DNA of 64,000 nucleotides from an uncultured Actinomycetota bacterium (GTDB lineage: Bacteria; Actinomycetota; Actinomycetes; Mycobacteriales; Nakamurellaceae): the NCBI GenBank assembly GCA_963757645.1, contig CAVWTC010000015.1, positions 93,414 to 157,413 on the forward strand, read 5' to 3'. Below, piece after piece: positions 45,901 to 55,169 of the stretch. Within the stretch, counting starts at the first letter, position 1. Each line of letters begins with the position of its first letter. A model generated the notes under the pieces. That model saw only the letters and a program-made list of their open reading frames with translations. It had not been told where the DNA came from and made no database searches. The translations under genes were made by a program, and so were the position numbers.

Positions 45901-46557
45901 GTCCACGGTCGCGGAGACGGCCAACAGCTGTGCCGTGTCATCGGTCTCGAAGCGCATCATCAGGCTGACGTCGACTCCTGCGAAATCCGCGATCACCTGG
46001 TTGGTCACGGCAACGAGGTCGCGCTCGGACCCGCCCAGCGCGACCTGCTTCTGGACACGTGCCAGAGCAGCTTGCCGGTGCGCGAGGCGTGCCGCCTCCG
46101 CTCGCGACGGCACCTCGGCGATCGGACTCCGGTCGGTCTGGGACGGGGAGTAGTAGCTGTGCAGCGAGATCAGCCGATGCCCGCGCAACCGAAGGACCTC
46201 ACAGGTGACGCCGTCCAGGCGCCACGGGTTTGATGGTTCCGCGGGAACGCCGGAAGCTGCAGCGACATTCGCCATCGGATTGGTGAGCCGGAATTCCGAC
46301 ACCACTGCGTCGCCCGAAACGGCGACGACCCGCCGATCCGACACCATGACTCCGGGATACGCCTCGAGAATGCCGTTGAGGTACCGGAGCGCAGCCCCCC
46401 GGCCACGCAGCACTCCGGCGTCGACCAGAACCTCCACGTCCTCGTCCAGGGTGTCGAGCCATGAGTCGTTGTCACGTGCATTGAAAGCGTCGTAGTAGCG
46501 GTTGGCCAGCGTCAGCGCGATCGATATGCCGGACGATCTCGGAGCGCTCATCGACAT
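42973..46557 (-). CDS. Cytoplasmic sensor histidine kinase: NTF2/SnoaL-like domain + 5 GAF + HisKA_3 + HATPase
   Basis: N-terminal YYDAFNARD...; five repeats containing VPI.V.G.(L/V)WG; RDVHDGAQQRL; EAITNVVKHA, DDGRG, GTGL; no TM segments. Confidence 0.88.
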   Translation of the reverse strand: MSMSAPRSSGISIALTLANRYYDAFNARDNDSWLDTLDEDVEVLVDAGVLRGRGAALRYLNGILEAYPGVMVSDRRVVAVSGDAVVSEFRLTNPMANVAAASGVPAEPSNPWRLDGVTCEVLRLRGHRLISLHSYYSPSQTDRSPIAEVPSRAEAARLAHRQAALARVQKQVALGGSERDLVAVTNQVIADFAGVDVSLMMRFETDDTAQLLAVSATVDAPAALGRRLVLNDDIRAVRDSGRALRFGAGGWPLDGAVADADGGMELRWCVGVPILLHGEVWGASLLGSARDEPFAEDIEDSITAFTQMVSTTLSNARANDELRERAREKSELLRVAEIAAGGADPVEVFAAVVRSASAVLNGQLTTLMRFVDDQVADVLAFSGAGIAASGERLVIDPDSVAAQVMRTGRPARIDNYREAPGNHFAKEIANLHASAGVPISVDGQLWGMLAATSMDGPLPADVESRMSQFAGTVATAVAGAQARAELRALADKQVALRRVAEVIARGAREEQIYDAVCVEAAGIIDEAVTLIRFHQSRSYEVVGSGGDAAALPSHATVPAVGTHVDFAPDDDGLVSQILRTRRPARAERFTEPEDASGQAEPPDHYHLRGLTSGVGVPIIVGDRLWGVLSAHAAGRRVLTTAEQSLQQFGGLMAAAVANAEARGRLTEFAAEQVALRRIAELAAQDAPTEQVLHAVAVEASSLAGVEFGMVLQYERLGANRVVALNGAPDNFAVGMRAPGTGDSAVLRVWDTRRAARVDDLGKMSGLWPRLAHQRGFKASAGVPIVIHGRLWGALIVCGRGGPVPPPVEEHLSNFAELAATAISAAHARHELRLLADEQAAVRRVAELVARSAPLQQIFDAVAAETSSLLGNVATSVLRYEEEQQDVAVVMAGGGLTPVGSHLPVPHDPLGDLSAIERAVVLAGFAAGTEVGAVAVPVTVEGQVWGVLAVAAPSALLPPGSDERLTPFAELTAVAILNAENKSKLTASRARVIATADETRRRVQRDVHDGAQQRLVHTIIVLKMARDAAQAGVVPADLLDEALTNAERASRELRDIVRGILPAALTRGGLRSGLDSLLVDLALPVELRVSAPRLSPPIETTAYFIVAEAITNVVKHAHANRATVDITVRGTTLVIEVRDDGRGGADARDGTGLTGLLDRVEAANGTLTVTSRPGAGTVVRATLPLQERSADVRTS

Positions 46558-46641
46558 GCCCGCGCCGAAGGTGTACTCATCGCGCTGCGCCGATGAGACC
46601 CCGAAGGGCCGGAATCACCCGAGCTGCCGACTGCATCTCCC

Positions 46642-47001
46642 TCAGCCTCGTTCTAAATATCCGCGCAGCTCAGTACCCGACAATTCATCCTTCGCCACGA
46701 ATCCGCAGGCCCCCGCGCGGCGAGCGGCGGACACGTTCGCCCTGTCCGAATCCGACGAGATGATGACCACCCGCAACGGCCACGGCATGGCCATCAGCTG
46801 CTCTGTCAGCTGGAAGCCGTCGCCGTCGGGCAGCCCGATGTCGACGAGCACGATGTCAGGACGCAGCTCCGAGGCGCGAGCCAGCGCACCGGCAACGCTG
46901 CCGGCCCGGCCGACCACGACGTGGCCCCAGCCGGTGACGACCCTGGCCGCAAGGTCGCTGAAGGCCTCGTCGTCATCAACGATCAGCACATCACGGGCCA
47001 C
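46642..47001 (-). CDS. Stand-alone response regulator receiver
   Basis: LIVDDD, LVDIGLPDGDG, ISS, GFVAK; no output domain. Confidence 0.88.
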   Translation of the reverse strand: MARDVLIVDDDEAFSDLAARVVTGWGHVVVGRAGSVAGALARASELRPDIVLVDIGLPDGDGFQLTEQLMAMPWPLRVVIISSDSDRANVSAARRAGACGFVAKDELSGTELRGYLERG

Positions 47002-47271
47002 GCGCTCAGGATTCCACGGACCACGGCACCGTGCGGTAGGGCTGACCGGAAAATTCGCTCATCACAGCGGTTGGCGCGTTTGCCGTAGCAACTCGGCTGC
47101 CTGCCCCTGAGCTGCGCCGGGCGCTCGTTCACGGGCGCCCACAGCAGTGCAGGCAGATCGTCCCGGACGAACGGCGAGCCTCGCCCGACCGGCGTCTCGC
47201 GCGGGCTGGAATCGGCTGCGGACCTATCATGAGCGCACTGCCGGACCCATTCCAGCCGAAGGAGGACGCCG

Positions 47272-47838
47272 GTGAGCGAACAACTGCGCAGAGTGCACGC
47301 GCTGCTCCGGGCGGGCAATGTGCCCTGCTCGCTGAGCAGCACCTCCGGCGCCCGGGACGGTCGGGGAACCATTCTGCTGGCCGGAACGCCGAATCCGGGC
47401 CCGTGGGAGGTACAGCTGCAGGAGTCGGCTGGACGGCTGGTGCTGATCAACGAACGGGAAGCCGTGCAGATACCGCCCGGTGCCGGCGACGCAGCGATCG
47501 CCGACGCGGTGAAACTGCGGGTCGTGCAGGCCTGGGCCGAGCAGGGCGACCCGCAGGCGATCGCCGTGCTGCGGGCGCTCACCGGCGTCTCCGGTCCGGG
47601 GCCCCGGTCGGGTCCGCGGCCGTCCGCAACCCGCGACCACCGCGGCCGACCGGGCGATTTCGGGGTCCGGACAGTCACCATCGAGTTCGTCGACCCGATG
47701 CAGATTGCGGGCGATCTGTTCGCCGCCGCCGCCAGGATCGGCTGGGATCTGGTCAAGGGTCGGGTGCCCGGTTATGCCGCGGCTTTCACGCTGTTCAACC
47801 CGTGGCTGACCTACCAACGGGAGTCGATCAGGCGATGA
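47272..47838 (+). CDS. Hypothetical protein
   Basis: AAGGAGG RBS before GTG; protein-like composition; no recognised motif. Confidence 0.55.
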   Translation: MSEQLRRVHALLRAGNVPCSLSSTSGARDGRGTILLAGTPNPGPWEVQLQESAGRLVLINEREAVQIPPGAGDAAIADAVKLRVVQAWAEQGDPQAIAVLRALTGVSGPGPRSGPRPSATRDHRGRPGDFGVRTVTIEFVDPMQIAGDLFAAAARIGWDLVKGRVPGYAAAFTLFNPWLTYQRESIRR

Positions 47839-47877
47839 CCGGGTGGCCTGCGCGCATCGAACCTCATCGCTGAACGA

Positions 47878-48279
47878 TCATCCGATCGGTTCGCTCCAGG
47901 CTGTCAGTTCCACCTCGACGAGCATCTGCGGGTCGATCAGGCCCGCGACGACGACCATCGTCGCGGCCGGCCGGACCTCCCCGAGAACCTCCAGGTGCGC
48001 CTGACCGATCGCGTCCGCGTGGGTCGGGTCGATGATCGACATGCGCACCGCGACAACATCTTCCGGCCGGACACCGACACCGGCGAGGGCCGACAGCGCC
48101 GACCGCAACGCGTGCACGGTCTGCGCGCCGGCGTCCCCGATGTGCTGGACAACGCCGTCCTCGACGGAGGTGCATCCAGCGGTCATCGACAGCGGACCGA
48201 CCCGAACCACCCGGGAGTAGCCGTACCGCTGCTCGTAGGGGCCACCGCTCCCGTGCCGCTGCCCCGGCAGGTCCATCAT
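47878..48279 (-). CDS. RidA/YjgF-family protein
   Basis: GYSRVVR, AGCT, RPAATMV, LVEVE. Confidence 0.9.
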   Translation of the reverse strand: MMDLPGQRHGSGGPYEQRYGYSRVVRVGPLSMTAGCTSVEDGVVQHIGDAGAQTVHALRSALSALAGVGVRPEDVVAVRMSIIDPTHADAIGQAHLEVLGEVRPAATMVVVAGLIDPQMLVEVELTAWSEPIG

Positions 48280-48280
48280 C

Positions 48281-49003
48281 TCAACCGGCGACCGCGGCCA
48301 GCGCCTGCGGCAAGGTGAAAGCGCCTGCGTACAGGGCTTTTCCGACGATCGAGCCCTCGACACCGAGCGAAGCCAGCGCGGCCAACGCGACCAGATCGTC
48401 CAGCGACGACACGCCTCCCGAGGCCACCACGGGCGCCGGCGTGGCCGCGCAGACCTGGCGCAACAGGTCAAGGTTCGGACCACGCAGGGTGCCGTCCTTG
48501 GTGACGTCTGTGACGACGTACCGGGAGCAGCCCTGCGCGTCCAGCCGGCTCAACGCCTCCCACAGGTCGCCACCGTCCTCGGTCCAGCCGCGCGCCGCCA
48601 GCGTGGTTCCGCGGACGTCGAGCCCGACGGCGATGCGGTCCCCGTACCGGGCGATCACCGAGGCGCACCAATCAGGGTTCTCCAGCGCCGCCGTGCCGAT
48701 GTTGACCCGGGTGCAGCCGGTCGCCAGCGCGGCCTCGAGCGTCGCGTCATCCCGGATCCCCCCGGACATTTCGACCTTCACGTCCAGCGCCCCGACCACG
48801 GCGGCCAGCAGATCGGCGTTCGATCCGCGACCGAAGGCGGCGTCCAGATCCACCAGATGGATCCATTCCGCGCCGTCGGCCTGCCACGCCAGCGCTGCGG
48901 CCAACGGCGGCCCGTAGCTGGTCTCGCTACCGGCACGACCCTGCACGAGCCGGACGGCCCGCCCGTCGGCCACATCCACCGCGGGGAGAAGTTCGAATGT
49001 CAC
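48281..49003 (-). CDS. priA: Phosphoribosyl isomerase A (HisA/TrpF)
   Basis: [36 protein letters not shown]. Confidence 0.95.
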   Translation of the reverse strand: MTFELLPAVDVADGRAVRLVQGRAGSETSYGPPLAAALAWQADGAEWIHLVDLDAAFGRGSNADLLAAVVGALDVKVEMSGGIRDDATLEAALATGCTRVNIGTAALENPDWCASVIARYGDRIAVGLDVRGTTLAARGWTEDGGDLWEALSRLDAQGCSRYVVTDVTKDGTLRGPNLDLLRQVCAATPAPVVASGGVSSLDDLVALAALASLGVEGSIVGKALYAGAFTLPQALAAVAG

Positions 49004-49014
49004 GGGCGTGAACC

Positions 49015-50223
49015 CTACGGGCCGACCCGGGACGGTTCGACCGGCAGGCACCACAGCGCCCGGGGGTCCCGGCCGATCCTGGCCACCACCAGGGTGGCAG
49101 CCGAGGTGGTCGGCCCGGTGAGCGCCGGGCGCAGCCGCCGGCGCAGCTCGTCCGGAACGACCGGCGTCCCGCGCTGTTTGATCTCCAGCGTGCCGATGCG
49201 GTCACGCCGCGCCCAGCCGGCCACGGTGCGCTCCCGGAAGGCCGCCACCTCGACCACCCGGAACGCCCGGATACCCTGCGGCGCAACGGGTCCGAACAGA
49301 TAGGCCAGATGCGGGTCGAGCAGTCGCAGGCCGTGCCGCGCAGCGTAGTGACGCACCAGGTGGGAGCGGACGACGGCCGGGTCGGGGTCGACGAGCAGGT
49401 CCCCGGGGCCGATCTCGCCGACCGCCGGGTCATCCGGGTCGTCGGTGGTCACCTCGTACCCGGCGATCCCCGGCCGGGAGGACAGGACCGTCGCGCGCCG
49501 GCCCACCCGGGCGAGTTCCGGCGGCCAGAGCACCGCCTCCCTGGCGCCGCCGTCCAAGGACACGATCTCCACCTCACCCGGGCGATCGAGTGCGTCGTAG
49601 TCGATCCCCGGCGGCAGCCGCAGCACCGGGCGGCGGTCGGCATGCGCCGCGTCGATGTCCGTCACGGACGGCAGGGTCGACGTCGAGGTGATCCGCCGGC
49701 CGCCGTCCCGGCGGGCCGGATCGGCGTAGCCCAGCAGTCCGGTGGAGACCCTGGTCAGGGCATCGGCGAGCACCAGGCCGGCGCTCAGGCCGGCCGTCTC
49801 GAGGTTGTGCCGGGCCATGGACACCCGGATCGGATCGAGGTCGGATCCGAGCGGCGGTGGCCCGCCGGTCGCGGCCAGCGCGAGCAGGTCCGCGCCGATG
49901 GAACAGGTCAGATCATGGACCCGGAAAGCCGCGAGCCGGCGGGCGCGGTGCTCGGCCACCGGCGCCGGCGTGGCCTGCTGCAACGCCTCGTCGGTGAACA
50001 GCCACCAGGCCGCCGCCGGACCGAGCTTGCCGACGGCCCTCCGCCGAAGCCGCACCGTCTCCGCGACCGGGCCGGCCCGATCCCCCAGGGCGGCGCGCAA
50101 CCCGGTCAGGTCGGCGAGCAGGCTGGCATCGGTCAGCGGCAGCCGGGCGGCGTCCGACAATGCCTGTGCCCCGGCGGCTCCGGACAGGTAGCGGACGTCC
50201 TCGGGGGTGAATCGGTAGGCCAC
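49015..50223 (-). CDS. SAM-dependent methyltransferase with THUMP-like domain
   Basis: [35 protein letters not shown]. Confidence 0.82.
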   Translation of the reverse strand: MAYRFTPEDVRYLSGAAGAQALSDAARLPLTDASLLADLTGLRAALGDRAGPVAETVRLRRRAVGKLGPAAAWWLFTDEALQQATPAPVAEHRARRLAAFRVHDLTCSIGADLLALAATGGPPPLGSDLDPIRVSMARHNLETAGLSAGLVLADALTRVSTGLLGYADPARRDGGRRITSTSTLPSVTDIDAAHADRRPVLRLPPGIDYDALDRPGEVEIVSLDGGAREAVLWPPELARVGRRATVLSSRPGIAGYEVTTDDPDDPAVGEIGPGDLLVDPDPAVVRSHLVRHYAARHGLRLLDPHLAYLFGPVAPQGIRAFRVVEVAAFRERTVAGWARRDRIGTLEIKQRGTPVVPDELRRRLRPALTGPTTSAATLVVARIGRDPRALWCLPVEPSRVGP

Positions 50224-50254
50224 GGTGCTGTCCCAGGTGTCCCGACAGTCGCGG

Positions 50255-51034
50255 TCAGTGACCGACGAAGGTGGCCTTCCCGGGGCCATGCTCCAGGAAC
50301 GAGGTCATCCCGATCCGCTGGTCCTCGGTCGCGAACAATTCGGCGAACCGCCGGTTCTCATTCTCCAGGGCGGCGGCGAGCGACTCGTCCGGACCATCGT
50401 CGATGACCCGCTTCGCCGCCGCCAGCGCGGCCGTCGCACCGGACGCCAGGCGGGATGCGAAGGCCATCGCCTCCGGCAGAACCCGGTCGGCCGGAACGCT
50501 TCTGCTCGCCAGTCCGATGCGGACCGCTTCGGCTCCATCGACGGCGCGGCCGGTGAAGATCAGCTCCTTGGCCATGGTGACCCCGACGAGCCGCGGCAAC
50601 CGCTGGGTTCCGCCGGCACCGGGGATCACCCCCAGGGTGATTTCCGGAAGCCCCAGCCTGGCGTTGTCGGCAACGAACCGGAAATCCGCGGCCAACGCCA
50701 GTTCACAGCCTCCGCCCAGCGCGAACCCGGTCACCGCGGCGATCACAGGCTGGGGCAACCGGGCCACGGAGGTGACAGCTTCGTTGAGACTTCTGATCGG
50801 GACGGCGACCTGACCGGGATTGAGATCCGCCATCTCCCTGATGTCGGCGCCGGCCGCGAAGGCACGCTCTCCCCCGTACAGCACGACCGCCCTGATGCTC
50901 TGATCCTGCGCCAGGCGGTCGGTGATCTCGATCAGTTGACGGTGCATCTCGGTGTTGATCGCATTGACCGGCGGTCGGTCCAACCGGACGACGCCGACCG
51001 CACCCTCGATCTCCAACCGTACGAGCGTCGTCAT
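50255..51034 (-). CDS. Enoyl-CoA hydratase/isomerase
   Basis: FAAGADI, GGGCELA, PEITLGVIPGAGGTQRL. Confidence 0.93.
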   Translation of the reverse strand: MTTLVRLEIEGAVGVVRLDRPPVNAINTEMHRQLIEITDRLAQDQSIRAVVLYGGERAFAAGADIREMADLNPGQVAVPIRSLNEAVTSVARLPQPVIAAVTGFALGGGCELALAADFRFVADNARLGLPEITLGVIPGAGGTQRLPRLVGVTMAKELIFTGRAVDGAEAVRIGLASRSVPADRVLPEAMAFASRLASGATAALAAAKRVIDDGPDESLAAALENENRRFAELFATEDQRIGMTSFLEHGPGKATFVGH

Positions 51035-51101
51035 GACTGCCTTCCCCTGGTCTCCGTGCATTTCAGAACCCATCCGACCGGCACCGGATGCCGACGGCGC
51101 C

Positions 51102-51929
51102 TCAGCGCGCGAAGGCGAAGAACCGGCCGTTCCTGGTCTCGAGCGACAGCGCCATCCCGAAGGTCTCCGAGAGCGTTTCCTCGGACAGGGTCTGTTCCAT
51201 GGGCCCGGCCGCCACGACCCGCCCGCCGCGCAGGAGCAGCACATGACTGAACGCCGCCGGGATCTCCTCGACATGATGGGTGACCAGCACCGTGGTCGGG
51301 GCGAACGGATCGATCGCGAGCGCCGACAGCCGCCCGAGCAGGTCCTCCCGCCCGGCCAGGTCGAGACCGGCGGCGGGTTCGTCCAGCAGGAGCAACTCGG
51401 GATCGGCCATCAGCGCCCGCGCGGCGAGGGCGCGCTTGCGCTCGCCCTCGGACAGCGTTCCGTACAGCCGGTCGGCCAATCCGGCGATGCCCATCGCGGA
51501 CAGCAGATCCCGCGCCCGGGCGAAGTCGAGCTCGTCGTACTCCTCGCGCCACCGGCCGATCACGCCGTATCCGGCAGAGACGACGACGTCCAGCACGGTC
51601 TCCATCGGCGGCACCCGCCCGGCCAGTGCGGCGGAGGATAGACCGATGCGGGGGCGGATCTCGGTGACATCGACGGCGCCAAGTCGTTCCCCGAGCACGT
51701 GCACCCGACCGGACGTCGGAAACATCTGCGCGGACGCGATCTGCAACAACGTCGTCTTGCCTGCCCCGTTCGGCCCCAGGATCACCCAGCGTTCGTCGAT
51801 GTCGACATTCCAGTGCACAGCGTCCAGCAGCACCGCCGGACCACGCCGCACGGTCACTTCGGCCAGGTGCAGCACCGAGTCGGGTCCGGGCAGGATCGAC
51901 GGGCGGGGCGCAGGCGCTGATCTCGTCAC
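51102..51929 (-). CDS. ABC transporter ATP-binding protein
   Basis: GPNGAGKT, LSEGE, LLLDEP, VTHH. CACAAT 7 nt before GTG; alternative start ATG 51938. Confidence 0.92.
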   Translation of the reverse strand: MTRSAPAPRPSILPGPDSVLHLAEVTVRRGPAVLLDAVHWNVDIDERWVILGPNGAGKTTLLQIASAQMFPTSGRVHVLGERLGAVDVTEIRPRIGLSSAALAGRVPPMETVLDVVVSAGYGVIGRWREEYDELDFARARDLLSAMGIAGLADRLYGTLSEGERKRALAARALMADPELLLLDEPAAGLDLAGREDLLGRLSALAIDPFAPTTVLVTHHVEEIPAAFSHVLLLRGGRVVAAGPMEQTLSEETLSETFGMALSLETRNGRFFAFAR

Positions 51930-52136
51930 GGGCGCCATTGTGTCCCACCATGCGACCGGCGCAGCGGACGCACCCCGTCCGCCGTCGGGCGGCGCCGGGT
52001 CGGCAGCGCAACGCCGCTGGCAGCGCCCGTCAACGCCAGGGGATGGCCCCCGGCACGGCGGCGGCGGGCGGCGTGGACCGCGGCGGGCGGGGTCCCAGGA
52101 GAGGACGCCGCCGATCCGATCAGCGACAATCCCCCA

Positions 52137-54497
52137 ATGTCCCGCCCCTCGCCGCACTTTTCCTCGCCGCCTGTGTCGGATTTCGACGCCGGCCGGGTCA
52201 GCGCTGCGCCGCTCGCCCCGGCCCGGAAGCGTAAGGCCCGGGACGCGGGACGGCCCGGACAGATCGACACCCACGCCGAACCGCGCGTCGGTTCCTCGCC
52301 ACATCCCGGCCTGCCCTACCCGCTCGGCGCCACCCCGTACGACGGCGGGACGAACTTCGCCGTCGTCGCGGACGGCGTGCCGGGAATCTCCGACGTGCTG
52401 CTGAGCCTCGTCGCCGACGACGGCACCGAGCAGTTGCTACCGATGCGGGAGCGCACCTACGGCATCTGGCACACCTTCGTTCCGGAGATCGGGCCCGGGC
52501 AGCGCTACGGGTTCCGGGTGCCGGCCCGCGATGCATCCAAGATCCTGCTCGACCCGTACGCCCGCCAGGTCACCACCACCGAGTACGACCTGGTCGCGGC
52601 GGCATCGTTGGGCATCGACACCCTGGGCAAGGTGCCACTGGGGGTTGTTGTCGGCGCCGAAGGGACCCGGTCGCAGTCGCGCCGGCCGTTCGTCCCGTGG
52701 GCGCAGACCGTTGTCTACGAGGCGCACGTGGCGGGCCTGACGAAATCGCACCGCGATGTGCCGCCGGAGTTGCGCGGCACCTACCTGGGGGTGGCCCACC
52801 CCGCGATCATCGCGCACCTGAAAAGCCTGTCGGTGACCACGCTCGAGTTGCTGCCGGTGCACGCCAGCACCGCCGAGCCGGGATTGCGGGCGACCAGCCG
52901 GAACAACTACTGGGGCTATTCGACGCTCGGTTTCTTCGCGCCCGACCCCCGGTTCGCCACGGCGCCCGGCAGGGAGGTCGTCGAGTTCGTCGCGATGGTC
53001 GACACGCTGCACGAGGCGGGGATCGAGGTCGTCCTCGATGTCGTCTACAACCACACCTGCGAGGGCGGGACGGGGCTGCACGTCGACCTGTCCTGGCGGG
53101 GGCTGTCACCGCAGAACTACTACCTGCCCGACGGCCGGGACATCACCGGCACCGGCAACACCCTCAACACCGGCAAACTGGCCGTCATCCGGATGGTCAC
53201 CGACTCGCTGCGCTACTGGGCCGACGAACTCGGCGTCGACGGGTTCCGCTTCGACCTCGCCTCCGTGCTGGCCCGCCCCAGCGGTGGCCATTTCGACCGG
53301 AACGCTGCGCTGCCCAACGCCATCGCATCGGACCCGGTGCTGCGGACCCGCAAGCTGATCGCCGAGCCGTGGGACGCCACCGGCGAGGGCTACGCGGTCG
53401 GCGGCTTCGGGCCGAACTGGGCGGAATGGAACGACCGGTTTCGCGACACCGTCCGCGAGTTCTGGCGCGGCGGCCACGGCATCCGCGATCTGGGCTACCG
53501 GCTCTCCGGATCCTCGGACCTGTACGCGGCCAACCGCCGACCCTGGGCATCGATCAACTTCATCACCGCCCACGACGGTTTCACGCTGCGAGACCTGGTC
53601 TCCTACAGCCACAAACACAACGACGCGAACGGTGAGCACAACCGGGACGGCACCGACAACAACCGCTCGGCCAACTACGGCGCGGAAGGCGACACCGACG
53701 ATCTGGCGGTGATCGCCCTTCGCGAGCGGCAGGCGCGCAACCTGGCGGCGACGCTGCTGCTGTCCACCGGCACGCCGATGATCACGATGGGCGACGAACT
53801 CTGGCGCACCCAGCAGGGCAACAACAATGCCTACTGCCAGGACAACGAGATCAGTTGGGTGGACTGGACAGCCGCCCTCGGTGCTGCCGGGACCGCTGGT
53901 CCCGGCAACGCCGGCGCGGACATTGACGGTGCCGGGACCGGCGGCAGCTGCGACCCGGATCCGGCCCGGGACATGTTGGCCTTCTTCCGCCGCACGCTGG
54001 ACATCCGCACCGGCGCACCCGCGCTGCGGCAGGCCGAGTTCTTCGACGGGCGGGCGCCGGACGGCGGCGACCATCATCCCGATCTGGTCTGGTTCCACCC
54101 CCGCGGGGTGCCGATGACCGGGCACGACTGGTTCGACGGATCCCTGAACACGGTGCTGATGTGGATCAACGGACGGGACGTGCGCGGCTACACTTCCGGC
54201 GGTGAGCCGCTGACGGACGATTCCTGGCTGCTGCTGCTGCATGCGGGAGCGGACCCGGTCAGCGTCCTGCTACCCGGAAGTCCCTACGGCACGCGGTATT
54301 TCCCGGTTCTGGACACCGGTACGGCGACCGGGGAGCCGGCGGACCCGGCCCCGCTCCCCGGTGGACAGAGCGCGGCCGTCCCCGGCCGCACGGTGTGGTT
54401 GCTGCGGGCGGACCGGTCCCCGCTTGCCCATGCCGGCACTGCCGACGGACTCGCTGCCGGCGGTGCCGAACCCGGGCATGATCCGGTCCGCCGCTGA
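52137..54497 (+). CDS. glgX: Glycogen debranching enzyme
   Basis: NYWGYST, DVVYNH, DGFRFDLA, IAEPWD, HDGFTL, NNAYCQDNE. Confidence 0.95.
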   Translation: MSRPSPHFSSPPVSDFDAGRVSAAPLAPARKRKARDAGRPGQIDTHAEPRVGSSPHPGLPYPLGATPYDGGTNFAVVADGVPGISDVLLSLVADDGTEQLLPMRERTYGIWHTFVPEIGPGQRYGFRVPARDASKILLDPYARQVTTTEYDLVAAASLGIDTLGKVPLGVVVGAEGTRSQSRRPFVPWAQTVVYEAHVAGLTKSHRDVPPELRGTYLGVAHPAIIAHLKSLSVTTLELLPVHASTAEPGLRATSRNNYWGYSTLGFFAPDPRFATAPGREVVEFVAMVDTLHEAGIEVVLDVVYNHTCEGGTGLHVDLSWRGLSPQNYYLPDGRDITGTGNTLNTGKLAVIRMVTDSLRYWADELGVDGFRFDLASVLARPSGGHFDRNAALPNAIASDPVLRTRKLIAEPWDATGEGYAVGGFGPNWAEWNDRFRDTVREFWRGGHGIRDLGYRLSGSSDLYAANRRPWASINFITAHDGFTLRDLVSYSHKHNDANGEHNRDGTDNNRSANYGAEGDTDDLAVIALRERQARNLAATLLLSTGTPMITMGDELWRTQQGNNNAYCQDNEISWVDWTAALGAAGTAGPGNAGADIDGAGTGGSCDPDPARDMLAFFRRTLDIRTGAPALRQAEFFDGRAPDGGDHHPDLVWFHPRGVPMTGHDWFDGSLNTVLMWINGRDVRGYTSGGEPLTDDSWLLLLHAGADPVSVLLPGSPYGTRYFPVLDTGTATGEPADPAPLPGGQSAAVPGRTVWLLRADRSPLAHAGTADGLAAGGAEPGHDPVRR

Positions 54498-54561
54498 CGG
54501 CACCCACCCGCCGGGCTGGTCGGTTCGCTGACCGGTCTGCGCCGAAACCCCGTTCTCCGGT

Positions 54562-54948
54562 TCAGCTGTGATGGACCAGGGCGCCGTTGTCGTTGGAGGC
54601 CCCGGCGGGTTCCTCGGCGTGCACCACTTCGGCCAGTGCAAAGGTGACCGCGATTCCGGCCATGAACGCGGCCAGCAGCACCTCGCTTGTCGCGACCCAG
54701 ACCGTCGCGATGCCGAGAGCCAGGGTGACAATGCCGATTGCGAGGGTGATCCGGTGCCACAGACCGGGCGCGAACATCGCCGGGCCGGTCAGCGCCGCGG
54801 CCGCCAGGCCCAGCACCAGACCGGTGGCCGCCATGCCACGCGGGTCCTTCAGGAACGGCATCTCACCCCAAACCAGGTAGCCGAGGTACGGCACCAGGAT
54901 CGCGGCGATCAACAGGGAGGCGATGGTGTTCTTGTAGGCGAATCTCAT
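54562..54948 (-). CDS. Small 4-TM membrane protein
   Basis: Hydrophobic ORF with a DPRGM motif; GAAGG RBS; DosR-like box upstream. Confidence 0.7.
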   Translation of the reverse strand: MRFAYKNTIASLLIAAILVPYLGYLVWGEMPFLKDPRGMAATGLVLGLAAAALTGPAMFAPGLWHRITLAIGIVTLALGIATVWVATSEVLLAAFMAGIAVTFALAEVVHAEEPAGASNDNGALVHHS

Positions 54949-55006
54949 GGTCGCCACCTTCTTTCTGTGCACCCCTCAGAATCGTCCAGCGGTCGGTCCG
55001 GGAACA

Positions 55007-55020
55007 GAGGCGAAGGTCCC
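55007..55020 (-). promoter_or_regulatory. DosR/DevR-like box GGGACCTTCGCCTC
   Basis: Resembles GGGACT-N2-AGTCCC; about 60 bp upstream of 54948. Confidence 0.45.
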
Positions 55021-55169
55021 GTCGCGGCCATCGGATCCGCAGCGGTGCACCATGTCTGGCTGCTGCCCAACGATCGCGGGCAGCAGGTCGGCACGATTTC
55101 GCACCGGCGCCCGCCGACCGGACAGCCGGTGCGACCAGCGCAAAGAACCACCCCGGCGGGGCTTTCGAC

